From the IMG/VR virus record IMGVR_UViG_3300026536_000001, positions 1 through 59,586 of that record: DNA of 59,586 nucleotides; one strand, given 5' to 3'. Source of the stretch: a virus (lineage: Duplodnaviria > Caudoviricetes). This document shows positions 29,695 through 40,540 of this stretch, one piece after another; position 1 is the first letter of the stretch; every line of letters begins with the position of its first letter. The translations under genes and the position numbers were made by a program. The notes beneath the pieces were generated by a model, which was given only the letters and a program-made list of their open reading frames with translations, ran no database searches and had not been told where the DNA came from.

Positions 29695-30237
29695 ATGACG
29701 GAACGGGACAAATTGATCTGGGCAGCCGGGTTTTTTGATGGGGAAGGCTGTGTCTCAATTGTTCGCAACATCGACAAGCGGCGACCTAAAGATGGGCATG
29801 TTCTGGAATATGAGAGGTTCCAACTCGTCGCTGTGGTCGTTAATAAAGCGCGTGCTCCGCTGGATGTCTTTGTCGAGTTGTTCGGAGGCAGCCTGCGGAC
29901 ACAGAAAGCCACCAATGGCTCGACGTACTGGAAGTATAAGCTGCATGGGAAAAAAGCCGTGCCGATGTTGGAGCGCCTTCTCCCGTATATGCTCACGAAG
30001 CGCGAAGTCACCGAGCTCGGTCTCCGATTCGAGGAGTACTTGGAAGCGACGACTCCGAAGCCCACGGTGTACCGCGACGAAGAGTCATTGAGTGTGCTAC
30101 GTGTGTTCCATGAGCAAGCACGAGTTATGAATATGCGGAACAAAGGCGGCATGAACTATGTGGAGGCGGAGTCTTCTATTTCAGATGTAAAATATCATCA
30201 AAAAGGAGGCTTATCGGGCATTAATCTAGTACATTAG
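29695..30237 (+). CDS. LAGLIDADG homing endonuclease
   Basis: LIWAAGFFDGEGCVSI..LFGG..LLPYMLTK. Confidence 0.9.
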   Translation: MTERDKLIWAAGFFDGEGCVSIVRNIDKRRPKDGHVLEYERFQLVAVVVNKARAPLDVFVELFGGSLRTQKATNGSTYWKYKLHGKKAVPMLERLLPYMLTKREVTELGLRFEEYLEATTPKPTVYRDEESLSVLRVFHEQARVMNMRNKGGMNYVEAESSISDVKYHQKGGLSGINLVH

Positions 30238-30262
30238 ATTTTGTCCGTAAGTAATTGATTCT

Positions 30263-31420
30263 GTGGCAGATCCTCTATTGGACGAGATCAACCTTTCGAC
30301 CTTGCCGGAGATAAATGATAGTGCAATAGAAGACGAGTTCTTTCTGGGCAGTGTCTTCCAGGCCCACCTCCGTTCCAAATGCCTCGTTCCCTTCACCGGA
30401 GGCGCGTTCACCCGCAACCTCCAGCTCTACGCTCCATTGAACGGCGGTGCGTACCCGAAAGGCATTGGCGGCTTCAACCTCACCAAACCCCAGACTCTCT
30501 CCGGAACCGTGTTCGATCCGCGCTACTACTGCGTGATGATCATCGAATACCTGGAGGACATCGATGTCTTGAACACCGGAGATCTATCGGTCTTCTCTCT
30601 ATTGGAAACGGATGTGGCCAACGGTTATCAAACGATCTCCGCCATCATGGCCCTGGAAGTCCAGCAGAACGGGGTCCTCGGAGCGCGTGCGGGTGTCAAC
30701 ATCAACGGCTGGGTGGAGGCGCTCAATGACGGGGTTCTCCCCTCCTACGATGGCAACGTCTACACCAACTACGGGACGGCTGCGCGTAATGGCGCTGTCA
30801 AACGCGCTCTCAATGGCAATGTCTACTGGGGCGGCAAGACCGACGGCACTCCCGGCTCGATCCAGTATCCGCAGTTGAACGCGATGTACAATCTGGCGAA
30901 ACGCGGGCGCGACGAACCCGACCTGATCTGCGGCAACAAGCCCATCATCAGCTTTGTCGAGAACCGTATCCAGCCACTCCAGCGTTTCGGCCAGGACGCG
31001 GCGAGTGTTCGCGATCCCTACTTCGGGGCCACCGGCTTCCGCTTCAAGAACGCGGTGGTGATGATCGACGATTATTTCCCGTCGAGTTTTGGACCGCCGT
31101 TCTCCGATAGCTCGAACTTCGGGTTAGGCTCGAACCTCACGGCGGCCTTCACGAACCCGTTAGCGGCGACCGGAACTCCGGCCAACAACTTCCCGAACTC
31201 GACTCAGGCGGCCAATCTCACTCCCGGAGAGGTTTTGAATATGTTCAACACCTCGCGGATTCGCTTCCGGGTGTCCAATTCCCGTGAGTTTGGCTTCAAC
31301 CCGACCGACTTTATCCGCTCGCCCGATGACACGCGCGTCGCGAGTCAGTTGAAGGCGGCGGTCAATATTGAGTTCACAGCCCCCTGGAGCTCGGTCCAGG
31401 GCTACGGATGGAATTCGTAG
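30263..31420 (+). CDS. major capsid protein
   Basis: 385 aa after scaffold; EPDLI..LQRF..GFRFKNA..DDY resembles podophage coat proteins. Confidence 0.8.
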   Translation: MADPLLDEINLSTLPEINDSAIEDEFFLGSVFQAHLRSKCLVPFTGGAFTRNLQLYAPLNGGAYPKGIGGFNLTKPQTLSGTVFDPRYYCVMIIEYLEDIDVLNTGDLSVFSLLETDVANGYQTISAIMALEVQQNGVLGARAGVNINGWVEALNDGVLPSYDGNVYTNYGTAARNGAVKRALNGNVYWGGKTDGTPGSIQYPQLNAMYNLAKRGRDEPDLICGNKPIISFVENRIQPLQRFGQDAASVRDPYFGATGFRFKNAVVMIDDYFPSSFGPPFSDSSNFGLGSNLTAAFTNPLAATGTPANNFPNSTQAANLTPGEVLNMFNTSRIRFRVSNSREFGFNPTDFIRSPDDTRVASQLKAAVNIEFTAPWSSVQGYGWNS

Positions 31421-31510
31421 TATTGAGGTCTTTACAGTGTAAAGTTCAAATCGAAGACAAACGATAACTCCGAAACGGATCGGGTGTCTTGCTGAAGTGG
31501 AGGTGTTCTC

Positions 31511-32149
31511 GTGCCTATCTCTGATCCTGGCGACCTCAAGGTCACCAGTAAGTTCTACAACGATATCGATGACCCCTCTCCAGGGGCCAGTCTCTCAACC
31601 GCGGACGTTTCCGGATCGATCATCCAGCCCTATGGCGGCCAGGTCGGCAAGCCTCTCACTCTAACCGGCCCCATGGCGGCCCAACACTCGAACCCTGCCG
31701 TCGGTACACTGTACGAGGGCCGCTACCAGTATGTCCGGACCAAAGCCGGATCTACGGTCGCTCCCGTCCGCGGCGGACTCTGCTTCTGGGACGACTACGA
31801 GAATATAGTCGTTACTCCTGACGCGACACAAGGCAATATTGGCAACTTTGCCGGAGTCTACCTGCGTGCCAATACCAAAGGGCGCTGGTGCCTGATCCAG
31901 ACCTCCGGGAAAGCCACCGTCAATTTCATCGCCGCCGGGACCACCAAAGACGGCTCGGTGGCGGGTGATCTGGTCGTCGTGGATCTGACCCCAACCAATT
32001 TTGCCGACGTGCTGGCGGATGCGACCAATCTCACCTCGCCACGGGCGAAGGCGATCATCGGGATTGCGATCGAGGCTCCAGATGCCGGTGGCCTCTTTCT
32101 GACCCATCTGTTCCCGCTGCGTCAAGTCTTCGGCGGAGGAGCGTTCTAG
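31511..32149 (+). CDS. capsid decoration/cement-like protein
   Basis: GRYQYVR..GRWCLIQTSG, follows MCP. Confidence 0.55.
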   Translation: MPISDPGDLKVTSKFYNDIDDPSPGASLSTADVSGSIIQPYGGQVGKPLTLTGPMAAQHSNPAVGTLYEGRYQYVRTKAGSTVAPVRGGLCFWDDYENIVVTPDATQGNIGNFAGVYLRANTKGRWCLIQTSGKATVNFIAAGTTKDGSVAGDLVVVDLTPTNFADVLADATNLTSPRAKAIIGIAIEAPDAGGLFLTHLFPLRQVFGGGAF

Positions 32150-32150
32150 T

Positions 32151-32498
32151 ATGGCGGGCACTTTACCTGATTACCCAACGGTTCCGGGGAACAAGCGCGT
32201 TTCGGTCACGACCATTCTTGGCCCGGCGCATTACGCGACGATCGGTATTGCCACGCCGCCCACCGGAGGTCAGTTGATTCACGCGCGGGATCTCGGCTTG
32301 ATCGATATCGACTGGGCGTTCGGCTCCATGTCCAACAACGGGCAGTATGAGGCGATCGTCTGCTATCCGAACAATCCCGTTGGTCCGGTCGAGTCGATCC
32401 GGCTGATGTGGAGACTGGCGGCCACCGGAGCGCAGCTCGCGAATGAATCGACGGCAGCCGCAGCCCTGACGGTTCGTATTGTAGCTAGCGGTAACTAA
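32151..32498 (+). CDS. virion structural protein
   Basis: position and composition. Confidence 0.55.
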   Translation: MAGTLPDYPTVPGNKRVSVTTILGPAHYATIGIATPPTGGQLIHARDLGLIDIDWAFGSMSNNGQYEAIVCYPNNPVGPVESIRLMWRLAATGAQLANESTAAAALTVRIVASGN

Positions 32499-32513
32499 AA
32501 GAGGTGTCGAGAT

Positions 32514-33539
32514 TTGTTTCAGGACTACTGGCAAGATCTCTGTGCAAGTATACCGAGGCTTCCGCCCTCGCACGCGCAGATCCTTGTCAACCGGGCGTGG
32601 GCGGATATCCGGGACTTCCGGCTGTGGTCGTGGCTGGTCCCAATCGGCTATATCACGACCCCGGCCGCCATCACCGTTGGTGTCGCTAATGTCACGTTAG
32701 GTTCGGTATCGGTCGTGGTGGATGCGGCTGCGGCTGCGGCTTTGAACTCCGTCGTCGCGGCCAACCCACCCCTCTTCAGCACTCAGGTCGGTGTCGGCCG
32801 CCAGTTCCGTCTCGCATCGCAGACTTCCGGCACACCAGGCCCGTTATACAACCTGGTCAACTACAACAACGGCACGCAGACGCTCACTCTGGATCGTGTC
32901 TACGCCGAAGCCAACGCGATCAATCAACGATTCACCGTTTATAAAGCCTATTATCAGGCTCCTCCTTCTGACGGGTCCTCCGCTCCGGACTTCTTGCGCT
33001 ACTTCACCGTGACCAACCCGGCGGGGGGCTATACCATCCGTGGCCGGAAGCTCTACTACACCCAATCGCAATTGAACCGAACCGACCCGCAACGCGGGGC
33101 TACCGGGGATACGTACATCCTTGCTTCCTATCTGGATGACCCGGCTTCCGGCAACGTCGTCCACGAATGGTATCCGCACCCAGTCCATTTGCGCGTCTAT
33201 ACCTGTATCTACCAGAAACGCGGTCTGCCCTTATCGAACACCATTGATGTTCCGAAGACCTTCCCGGCGGACCTGTTGATGGAACGCGCGTATATGTACG
33301 GGACAAAGTGGGCCCTCCGAAACGTGGCGACCTTCCCGGAATTGCAGCAGACCAACTGGGTGGCGGCTTATCAGATCCACAAGCAGGATTTCAAGGAGAG
33401 ACTGATCCAAGTGATCAAACAAGACGATGAGACCTCACCGTTGGTCGCGTTTCAACAGGGCGGGATCTTCGACATGCCCCTCGGCGGTCAGTTCTTACAG
33501 TCGCATGATATTTCGCGTCTTGTCGGAGGATTGGATTAA
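32514..33539 (+). CDS. head-tail adaptor-like protein
   Basis: ILVNRAWADI..WSWL, WYPHP motifs. Confidence 0.55.
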   Translation: MFQDYWQDLCASIPRLPPSHAQILVNRAWADIRDFRLWSWLVPIGYITTPAAITVGVANVTLGSVSVVVDAAAAAALNSVVAANPPLFSTQVGVGRQFRLASQTSGTPGPLYNLVNYNNGTQTLTLDRVYAEANAINQRFTVYKAYYQAPPSDGSSAPDFLRYFTVTNPAGGYTIRGRKLYYTQSQLNRTDPQRGATGDTYILASYLDDPASGNVVHEWYPHPVHLRVYTCIYQKRGLPLSNTIDVPKTFPADLLMERAYMYGTKWALRNVATFPELQQTNWVAAYQIHKQDFKERLIQVIKQDDETSPLVAFQQGGIFDMPLGGQFLQSHDISRLVGGLD

Positions 33540-33891
33540 ATGGCGTCCCGGGTGTATCCTTATTTGCAATCCACAAGAAGTCGTGGATTCACTCTCACTC
33601 CACAACAACGGGCGGTTGGACAGGTTCCGTGGGTGCAATCGCCCTTCTTTTTCTCCCAATATCCAAGGAGGTTCTCTATGCCTAAAAAGCAGGGCTCAAT
33701 TCGCAGCCCGATGACGAAGGATATCCAGGCGAATCCGTCTCACCGAACGCCTTCGACTGAAGGGACCACAGAGGTCATGAGAGGGACAGCCCCTAAACCG
33801 GCTCCAATCTCTTCACCGAATCGATCCGAGGCAACGGTGGATACGGGACGTAAATCTTATAATGACCAAAAGCGTGATTGAGGGGTGATCT

Positions 33892-35244
33892 CTGGCAGTC
33901 TACAGTCAGACTACTTTAGCGAGCGCGGCCCAGCAACTCGGCGTAAGGCTGAACGACCCGGACCACATTTACTGGCCCCTCGCTGAAGTCTACTCCCGCA
34001 TTCTTGAAGCCCTCCGTATTTTCAATTCCCTGACAGGCTACTATCGTGAGAGGGTGACCTTCCCCACTATTGCGACTCAACCCTTCTATGACCTCCGCAC
34101 CCTCTTCCCGTCCGAATACGCCTTCTCGATCACCGACAACCAACTCCTCTCTGACATCCAACGCCACTTGATCGAACCGGTGACGAACCCTTGGACCGGC
34201 ACCTCTCAGTTCTCTATCGCGGATATCTCTGAGGCGCTTCAAACCGTCCGTGATGAGTTCCAGTTGGCTACGGGTATCCATACGACCCGCCTCGCTCCAA
34301 TAGCTGTCGGAGCGTTATCATCCCGTATTCCTTTAAACCAGTCTGTTATCGATGTGCGCCGGTCGGCTTGGAAAGATACTGCCTCCGGTATCGTCTATCC
34401 ATTGGTCCGAACTGACGAATACGCTGCCAACGCTTATTCTCAGAACTGGGCTCAGACGTTCGACCTTCCGTTCGCGTACTCGATCGCCGCTTCACCACCC
34501 ATCACTTTGCAATTGATACCGCCGAACCTGCTTGCGGGATCGCTCGACCTCTGTGTGAACCCGTCGGGTCCGGCTCTCATTTGTAACCCGATCTCCCCAG
34601 CCCTCGTCGGCATCCCCGATGATTTGGTCTGGGGGGTCACCTGGGGAGCGTTAGCCTGCCTCCTGGCCCATGACTCACCTTCCAAAGACGCCATGCGGTC
34701 CCAGATTGCCGAGGAGCTGCACGACCTAGCCATCGTTGCTGCGCGCTCCCCGGTGTCCTCTTTACTCATGAGTATCGCCGGAGCTCCGCTCGGGATCGAG
34801 AGTTTAGAGGACACCGATCGTTATCGTCCCAATTGGCCACAAACCTTGGACCGGCCGGAGATTGCCGCTTATGTATCGCCGAATCTATTCGCGCTCGTCC
34901 CTGTCCCGAACGCCATTTATACCGTGACTGTGGATCTGGTCCGCAGCTTCCCGGTCCCTGATCCGCTCAACCCCAACACCACCTATCTTCAAGTTGGAGC
35001 GGAATTGATCGATCCGATCCTCGATATGGCTCAATATCTGGCCTCGTTCAAAGAAGGCACCTCCGAAATCCAAGCCGCCCTTCCCGGCCGTCAACGGTTC
35101 ATCGAACGCTGTGGGTTGATGAACCAACGGCTCCGGGCCAACGCCACCTATAACCGATTGTTGGATCAACCGGCCGCGCGGCAGTCCTTCACACTACCTC
35201 GGATCATGCCGGATACGAAAGCACCGGAGGTGGTTGGTGCCTGA
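33892..35244 (+). CDS. tail adaptor-like protein with probable CTG start
   Basis: frame open 54 codons upstream of GTG 34054; CTG 33892 follows SD GAGGGGTGA. Confidence 0.6.
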   Translation: MAVYSQTTLASAAQQLGVRLNDPDHIYWPLAEVYSRILEALRIFNSLTGYYRERVTFPTIATQPFYDLRTLFPSEYAFSITDNQLLSDIQRHLIEPVTNPWTGTSQFSIADISEALQTVRDEFQLATGIHTTRLAPIAVGALSSRIPLNQSVIDVRRSAWKDTASGIVYPLVRTDEYAANAYSQNWAQTFDLPFAYSIAASPPITLQLIPPNLLAGSLDLCVNPSGPALICNPISPALVGIPDDLVWGVTWGALACLLAHDSPSKDAMRSQIAEELHDLAIVAARSPVSSLLMSIAGAPLGIESLEDTDRYRPNWPQTLDRPEIAAYVSPNLFALVPVPNAIYTVTVDLVRSFPVPDPLNPNTTYLQVGAELIDPILDMAQYLASFKEGTSEIQAALPGRQRFIERCGLMNQRLRANATYNRLLDQPAARQSFTLPRIMPDTKAPEVVGA

Positions 35245-38200
35245 AGTCCTTCGTAAACCTCAAAAGCTCGCCTCTAGAGGTATCGGTCTGCGCTATCCTC
35301 CGGATCTCACTCCCGAAGGTCTCTATCCGGCTCTGACCAATATGGTGTCGCGGACGAACGGCACCATCGAACCCCGCCGCGAGGTCACGCTTCTCAACCC
35401 ATATCCTGATCCTGTCCATTCCATGCGTCGATTAAACGATCCGGCGATTCCTCAGTCCGTATTGATCGCCGGTTCGGGTCAGAAGCTTTTCCGTGACGCG
35501 GTGGAATGCGACCCGGGCTTTTCCGGCTTGCCTCTCGCTATGGTCCCGCTACGTCCGGCCCAATCGCCGTCGCCGTGGATGTATGTCATGGATGGAAAAC
35601 AGTCCAGGAAGATCCGTGCCTCCGGACTTCCGGCCTGCTATGAAGTGGGAATTGCCCCTCCCGTTCAGCCACCAGTCGCGAGACGGGTTCCGCCGAACTT
35701 CTACCCATTAACGACCGCCGATCCTGTTGGTCCATTCACCAACGCCAGTCCTCCACCATGGCATTCGCGCGGGACGGCGAGCGCCAACGCCAGTTTTAGC
35801 CGGATCAACACCACTATCAGCGCCATTATCTATGATGCTTTTACCTCCGGCTGGTGTTCGATCATTCCGGCCACATTTGACACGAACATCCAAGTCGGCG
35901 CTCTGGCCATCCTAAGTACGGACACAACGAATCCGATCTTGATCCGGGAAGTTCACCCGGCCGTCACCGCCACGACCATCTCCAAGATCCTCTACGATAC
36001 GGGTGCGAGTGGACCCTGCTCGATTGTTCCGGCCAACGGGGAGCTCCTCGAAGCCAATTCGGTTGTTCAGATTGGTGCGGAACTTGTCCGAATTCGATCC
36101 GTCACGGTCGGTCCAGATGGCCAGAAATCCTTCAGAACGGTGACCGCGAACCCGCATGTGGATGGAGAGGCGATAACCGGTGTGGACTCGTTTCGGACCT
36201 CGACGGTTCTGCCGCACATCGCTACGGAAACGATCAAGGCCAACGCCTACATTTTTAATGTGGCCTCGGCCGCACCCCCGAATATCGGCTGGCTCTATCT
36301 CAACTTCGATGGCAGCTTCGGAGCGGATGGCTCCCCGATCGATTTATCCGCCCTCGGTGGCCGGACCGTCTCTCCGGAAGACTTCATCCATATCTCCTTG
36401 GCGCTATCGGGAACGTTCACCAGACTCCGGGTCTACTTGAATATCGACGCGACGTTCCCTTCCGGAACCACCGTCACCAACGCGCTGGTGAAAGAGTTCG
36501 ACCCGGCCACGGTCCAGCTCCCGTGGACGGAACTCCTCTTTAAAATCTCCGATATGGAACGGATTGGCACCGGAGCCATGCGTTCGTTGCAGACGGTAAC
36601 GGGGCTGATCGTGGAGGTCTCGGCATCCTCCCCATCCGCGGTGAGTATGAGTTCCTGGTGGATCGGCGGCACCTACGCACCCTCTTCTTTTGGTGCGCTC
36701 GGCTACACCTATTATTACCGCTACCGATCTTCCCTCACCGGAGCGTACTCCAATCCCTCTCCACCGACACGCACTCCTCTCGGTCTTCTCCGGGAGGCGG
36801 CAAACCTGGTTCCGATCGCCTCATTGGACGATCAGGTAGACACGATCGATCTCTTCCGCTTCAAGAACCTCTCTTCAGGTGAAAATGCCCTCCCGCGCCG
36901 TGTCGTCTCCATCCCCAACTCCGCTGCCGCTCTGGGAGGCAATGATCTCATCTCCGATGCCGCTGCGGAAGTAAACGAGACCCTCGATTTCGAGCATTTC
37001 CAACCCTTCCCGGTATCCGACCTCCCGCACTCCGGAACCTGCGAAGTCTCCGGCGTTCTGGTCCACCGTTTATCGGGTGACCCCTTCAACATCCACTGGC
37101 AGGCCGGATCTCAGGTTTTGATCAACGGTGTGGCCTATACCCTCTTCGCTCCTCCGATCGATACCGATACGTTGGAGCTGACCGAAAGCGCCGGAGCCTT
37201 CAACTCCACGTCCTTCTCCGTTCCAGAAGCGACTTTGGGCGGTCAATCGATGCCCTGTTTGTGGGGTCCAGACCCTCTCACTGGCGTTGTCTTTGCGTGC
37301 GGCCACCCTCTCATGGGAGGGACTTTATCCTGGACCCGCCCCTACGATCCGGACGGCGCGTCCGACGCGGACACGCTGGAGATCACCTCCCCGTCCGAAC
37401 CCTTAATGAACGGCTTCATGTATGACGGCCGCTCCTACGTCTATACCACCGAGCGCCTCTTCCTCCTTTACGCCCAACGGATCACCGATCCCAACGGCAA
37501 TCCGCGCCTCCAGTACGCCGCTCAAGAAGTCCCCAATCACAAAGGACTCTCCTGCCGGTACGCCTCCGCGGTCGGCGATCTGTTCTGGGCTGTCAACAAA
37601 GACGGTGTGTACCAGCAATCGGAAGCCATCACGACGGAGGGTCTCCACCCTCTCTTTCCGCATCAAGGTGAAGTCGGTGTGGAGACCAACGGATATAAGC
37701 CGATCGACTTTACGAAACCGAACGAAATCCGGCTGTTCTTCACTAAAGGGGCGCTTTACCTCCTTTACAAAGATACGGATAACGTCCGGCAGATGATGGT
37801 CTACGATCGCAAGTTATCCCAGCCGGGCTGGTTCCCGCGCACCTTCCAAGTGATCCCCTTATGCGTGTACGAAGAAGAAGGTCAAGTTCCTCCGTTACCG
37901 ACCTCTCCTCCGCGCACTCTGCTGGGTGCCGGTGGTCCGATCGTTCCCGACACTCCCATCGCCTTTGACTTCATCACCCGCGCCGAAGACATGGCCGATC
38001 CGCGTCTTCAGAAACTCTTCTTGGACCATATGATCGATCTGGACCCCAAACAGGGAATCACCATCACCCCTCATATTTTATTTAATAACTTAACGGTGGA
38101 TCTTCCGTTCGCTCCAGCAGTCATCGCTGGTCTGCGCCAACAAATCCCGATCTCGCAGCTTCCCGGAACCGACCTCTCTCTTTACCGCAACGCCGCCCTC

Positions 38201-38635
38201 AAACTAATCTCCCAGTACGACCCGAACACCCACACGCCACCGGTCTTCTATGAATACGAGCCGAACGCCGTCCTGCAACCATACCTCGCACGCGTTATGT
38301 CCAGTCCCAACTTCATCACCCTCGGCTTCACGACCTATGGCCACCTCCGCGACAGCTATTGGTGCTGGATCTCCACCTCCCCGATTACCGTGGTGATCAA
38401 AGCCAAAGACCTCGACAACGAATATACCTACACCTTCCCCATCCCTTCCTCCTCGGGGAAGGTCCGGAAGCAATATTTCCCGTTAAAGGCCCTCAAGGGC
38501 TTGGTGTTTTACTTTTCAGCCGATGCGGCCTCTCCCTTCGCTCTATTTACTGAAGAAACGATTGTCCGGGCGAAGGAGTGGGGATCGAACGCGGCGTTCA
38601 TATCGGCGAAACCGTTTCAAGGGCAATCGCGTTGA
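35234..38635 (+). CDS. large tail (nozzle/tubular B-like) protein
   Basis: 1133 aa beta-rich ORF in tail module. Confidence 0.6.
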   Translation: MVPEVLRKPQKLASRGIGLRYPPDLTPEGLYPALTNMVSRTNGTIEPRREVTLLNPYPDPVHSMRRLNDPAIPQSVLIAGSGQKLFRDAVECDPGFSGLPLAMVPLRPAQSPSPWMYVMDGKQSRKIRASGLPACYEVGIAPPVQPPVARRVPPNFYPLTTADPVGPFTNASPPPWHSRGTASANASFSRINTTISAIIYDAFTSGWCSIIPATFDTNIQVGALAILSTDTTNPILIREVHPAVTATTISKILYDTGASGPCSIVPANGELLEANSVVQIGAELVRIRSVTVGPDGQKSFRTVTANPHVDGEAITGVDSFRTSTVLPHIATETIKANAYIFNVASAAPPNIGWLYLNFDGSFGADGSPIDLSALGGRTVSPEDFIHISLALSGTFTRLRVYLNIDATFPSGTTVTNALVKEFDPATVQLPWTELLFKISDMERIGTGAMRSLQTVTGLIVEVSASSPSAVSMSSWWIGGTYAPSSFGALGYTYYYRYRSSLTGAYSNPSPPTRTPLGLLREAANLVPIASLDDQVDTIDLFRFKNLSSGENALPRRVVSIPNSAAALGGNDLISDAAAEVNETLDFEHFQPFPVSDLPHSGTCEVSGVLVHRLSGDPFNIHWQAGSQVLINGVAYTLFAPPIDTDTLELTESAGAFNSTSFSVPEATLGGQSMPCLWGPDPLTGVVFACGHPLMGGTLSWTRPYDPDGASDADTLEITSPSEPLMNGFMYDGRSYVYTTERLFLLYAQRITDPNGNPRLQYAAQEVPNHKGLSCRYASAVGDLFWAVNKDGVYQQSEAITTEGLHPLFPHQGEVGVETNGYKPIDFTKPNEIRLFFTKGALYLLYKDTDNVRQMMVYDRKLSQPGWFPRTFQVIPLCVYEEEGQVPPLPTSPPRTLLGAGGPIVPDTPIAFDFITRAEDMADPRLQKLFLDHMIDLDPKQGITITPHILFNNLTVDLPFAPAVIAGLRQQIPISQLPGTDLSLYRNAALKLISQYDPNTHTPPVFYEYEPNAVLQPYLARVMSSPNFITLGFTTYGHLRDSYWCWISTSPITVVIKAKDLDNEYTYTFPIPSSSGKVRKQYFPLKALKGLVFYFSADAASPFALFTEETIVRAKEWGSNAAFISAKPFQGQSR

Positions 38636-38662
38636 AGGACAGGATGAAGGATTGAATGCGTA

Positions 38663-38998
38663 TTGAAGTGTTTCAACTGCCCCCAGGATACCCATGCCTT
38701 CGATCACGACCCCTGGTGGAGACAACTCCTCTGCCGGTCGTGTATCGAGAAGATCATTCTGGAGTGGCAGGAGCGGAAGTCCATTATCGAGAACGAGAAG
38801 AACGCTCTAGCCGAGAACTTACTCCTCACCGACATGGAGCACACCGTCGAAGTCTTCTCCATTCATATGGCCGAAGAAGATCACGGCCAAGATACCTGGA
38901 ACCGTCTCGACGCGCTGGTCCAGTCCCAGTACGTGTGGCTGGCCCGTTATCTGTTGGACTTCCTGAAGACATCACCATTCCGGTTGACCAGGAAGTAG
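38663..38998 (+). CDS. hypothetical protein
   Basis: CFNC..CRSC. Confidence 0.5.
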   Translation: MKCFNCPQDTHAFDHDPWWRQLLCRSCIEKIILEWQERKSIIENEKNALAENLLLTDMEHTVEVFSIHMAEEDHGQDTWNRLDALVQSQYVWLARYLLDFLKTSPFRLTRK

Positions 38999-39007
38999 AG
39001 GAGACCC

Positions 39008-39247
39008 ATGCGCCATCTGACCATTGATATCACCGATCAAATGGAACTCGACCTGGCCGATGCCGGTTTAACGATCGGACAGGTGTTGATCTCGATCCAA
39101 CATCAAGTCGCGGAACTGGCGGATCGGAAGCGGGCGGAGAAGCTGGCGCAGCAGATCCTGAAACTCCCACCCGCCGAACGGCAGGAGATCCAGACACTCA
39201 TTCAACGGAACGGGAATACCAGCAAGAAAGAAGAACACGTCAGTTAG
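39008..39247 (+). CDS. hypothetical protein
   Basis: SD GAGGAG. Confidence 0.6.
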   Translation: MRHLTIDITDQMELDLADAGLTIGQVLISIQHQVAELADRKRAEKLAQQILKLPPAERQEIQTLIQRNGNTSKKEEHVS

Positions 39248-39256
39248 GGGGACATC

Positions 39257-40540
39257 ATGGCGATTGCGGGTCCAGGTTATGTCGGCCGTTATGTAAAGGG
39301 CGACCTCATCGAATGGAAATTCACCATTCTTGTTGCGGATGTGCCATCCACGCTCGGCACCCCTGCGATCCGTGTCTATGAAGAAGGCAACGCGACGGAG
39401 TTCATCGGAGCCTCGGATGTGTTCACGGTAGATTACGACGGTAAGACCGGCTTATGCCGAGTCCAGTTGGACACTTCCGACAGTGGCTACAACGCAGGTA
39501 AAGCCTACGACGTGTTTATCTCATCGGGTGCAGTCGGCTTGACAAGTTTCGTTGGTGCGTGCGTCGGCCACTTCGCTCTTCTGCCCGAACCAGCGGACTT
39601 ACGTGCAGTCAATGGTGGCTCGACCGGCGCGACGGCGGGTAAAATGGAGCTGAAGCAACTGAAATTGGCTGGTGTAGGTGTAACTGATGCTGATGTACCT
39701 CTTGTAATCACAGCGGACAACGATGCAATTCGAGTAACACCCGGTGGCAATAAGGTTGCATTAAACGTGACTCTGGGTAACGGTGGTGTCGGGCTGCAGA
39801 TGTACGGAGGTACAAGTTCCTATGGAGCAGACATCGAGGTCGGCGCTAACGTCGCTTTCTTATCAACGAATAACGACTCCAGCGCAGCGGCGGTGACGAT
39901 AACGAACTTTACAACTGGCGCTTCATTGGACGTGATTCCGCCGGGCGGTGATGTGCTAAAGATTACCCCCTCTGGTACGGGTAAGGCGATCGACGCCCTT
40001 GGTCAGATCTACGTCAAAGCGCCAATAGGGGCATTTGATGCTGCGGTATGGCTAGACTCTACAGCCGCAGACGGAGCTGGTCTTAAATTGACGGGAGGTG
40101 TTGGACTTGATATACACGGTGATGGTGATAACGGTGCGGATGCCGTTGTTCTTACAGGTAATCGTAGGTCTATCGATGCAATCGGTAGAGTTACTATAGA
40201 AGGAGTAGGAACGGACGATAGTACAATCGAGCTATATCCGACGGGAACTGGAAAAGCTATCGATGCCCAAGGTCAGGTCCTGATAGCTCCCACGAACACG
40301 AACGACGACGCGATCAAGCTCGTCCCCAACGGCACCGGCCAGTCCATCAACGCCCCGGTCGAAGGGTTGATCGGTATCATCGAATCGCTCCGCCTCGCCA
40401 ACGCCGTTCTTGGCGGCAAGATCACCGGAGGCGGAACCACGACGGAGACTTTCCGCGATGTCAACGATACCAAAGACCGGGTGATTGCCACCGTCGATGC
40501 GTTTGGCGACCGCTCGGCAATCACACTGGACCTTGCATGA
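39257..40540 (+). CDS. tail fibre/spike-like protein with internal repeats
   Basis: PxGTGKAIDAxGQ repeats, Gly/Thr/Asp-rich. Confidence 0.6.
   Translation: MAIAGPGYVGRYVKGDLIEWKFTILVADVPSTLGTPAIRVYEEGNATEFIGASDVFTVDYDGKTGLCRVQLDTSDSGYNAGKAYDVFISSGAVGLTSFVGACVGHFALLPEPADLRAVNGGSTGATAGKMELKQLKLAGVGVTDADVPLVITADNDAIRVTPGGNKVALNVTLGNGGVGLQMYGGTSSYGADIEVGANVAFLSTNNDSSAAAVTITNFTTGASLDVIPPGGDVLKITPSGTGKAIDALGQIYVKAPIGAFDAAVWLDSTAADGAGLKLTGGVGLDIHGDGDNGADAVVLTGNRRSIDAIGRVTIEGVGTDDSTIELYPTGTGKAIDAQGQVLIAPTNTNDDAIKLVPNGTGQSINAPVEGLIGIIESLRLANAVLGGKITGGGTTTETFRDVNDTKDRVIATVDAFGDRSAITLDLA

Noticed and set aside
29660-30262. Group I intron around the LAGLIDADG gene
   Set aside because: Flanking genes are intact and there is too little flanking non-coding sequence for an intron core
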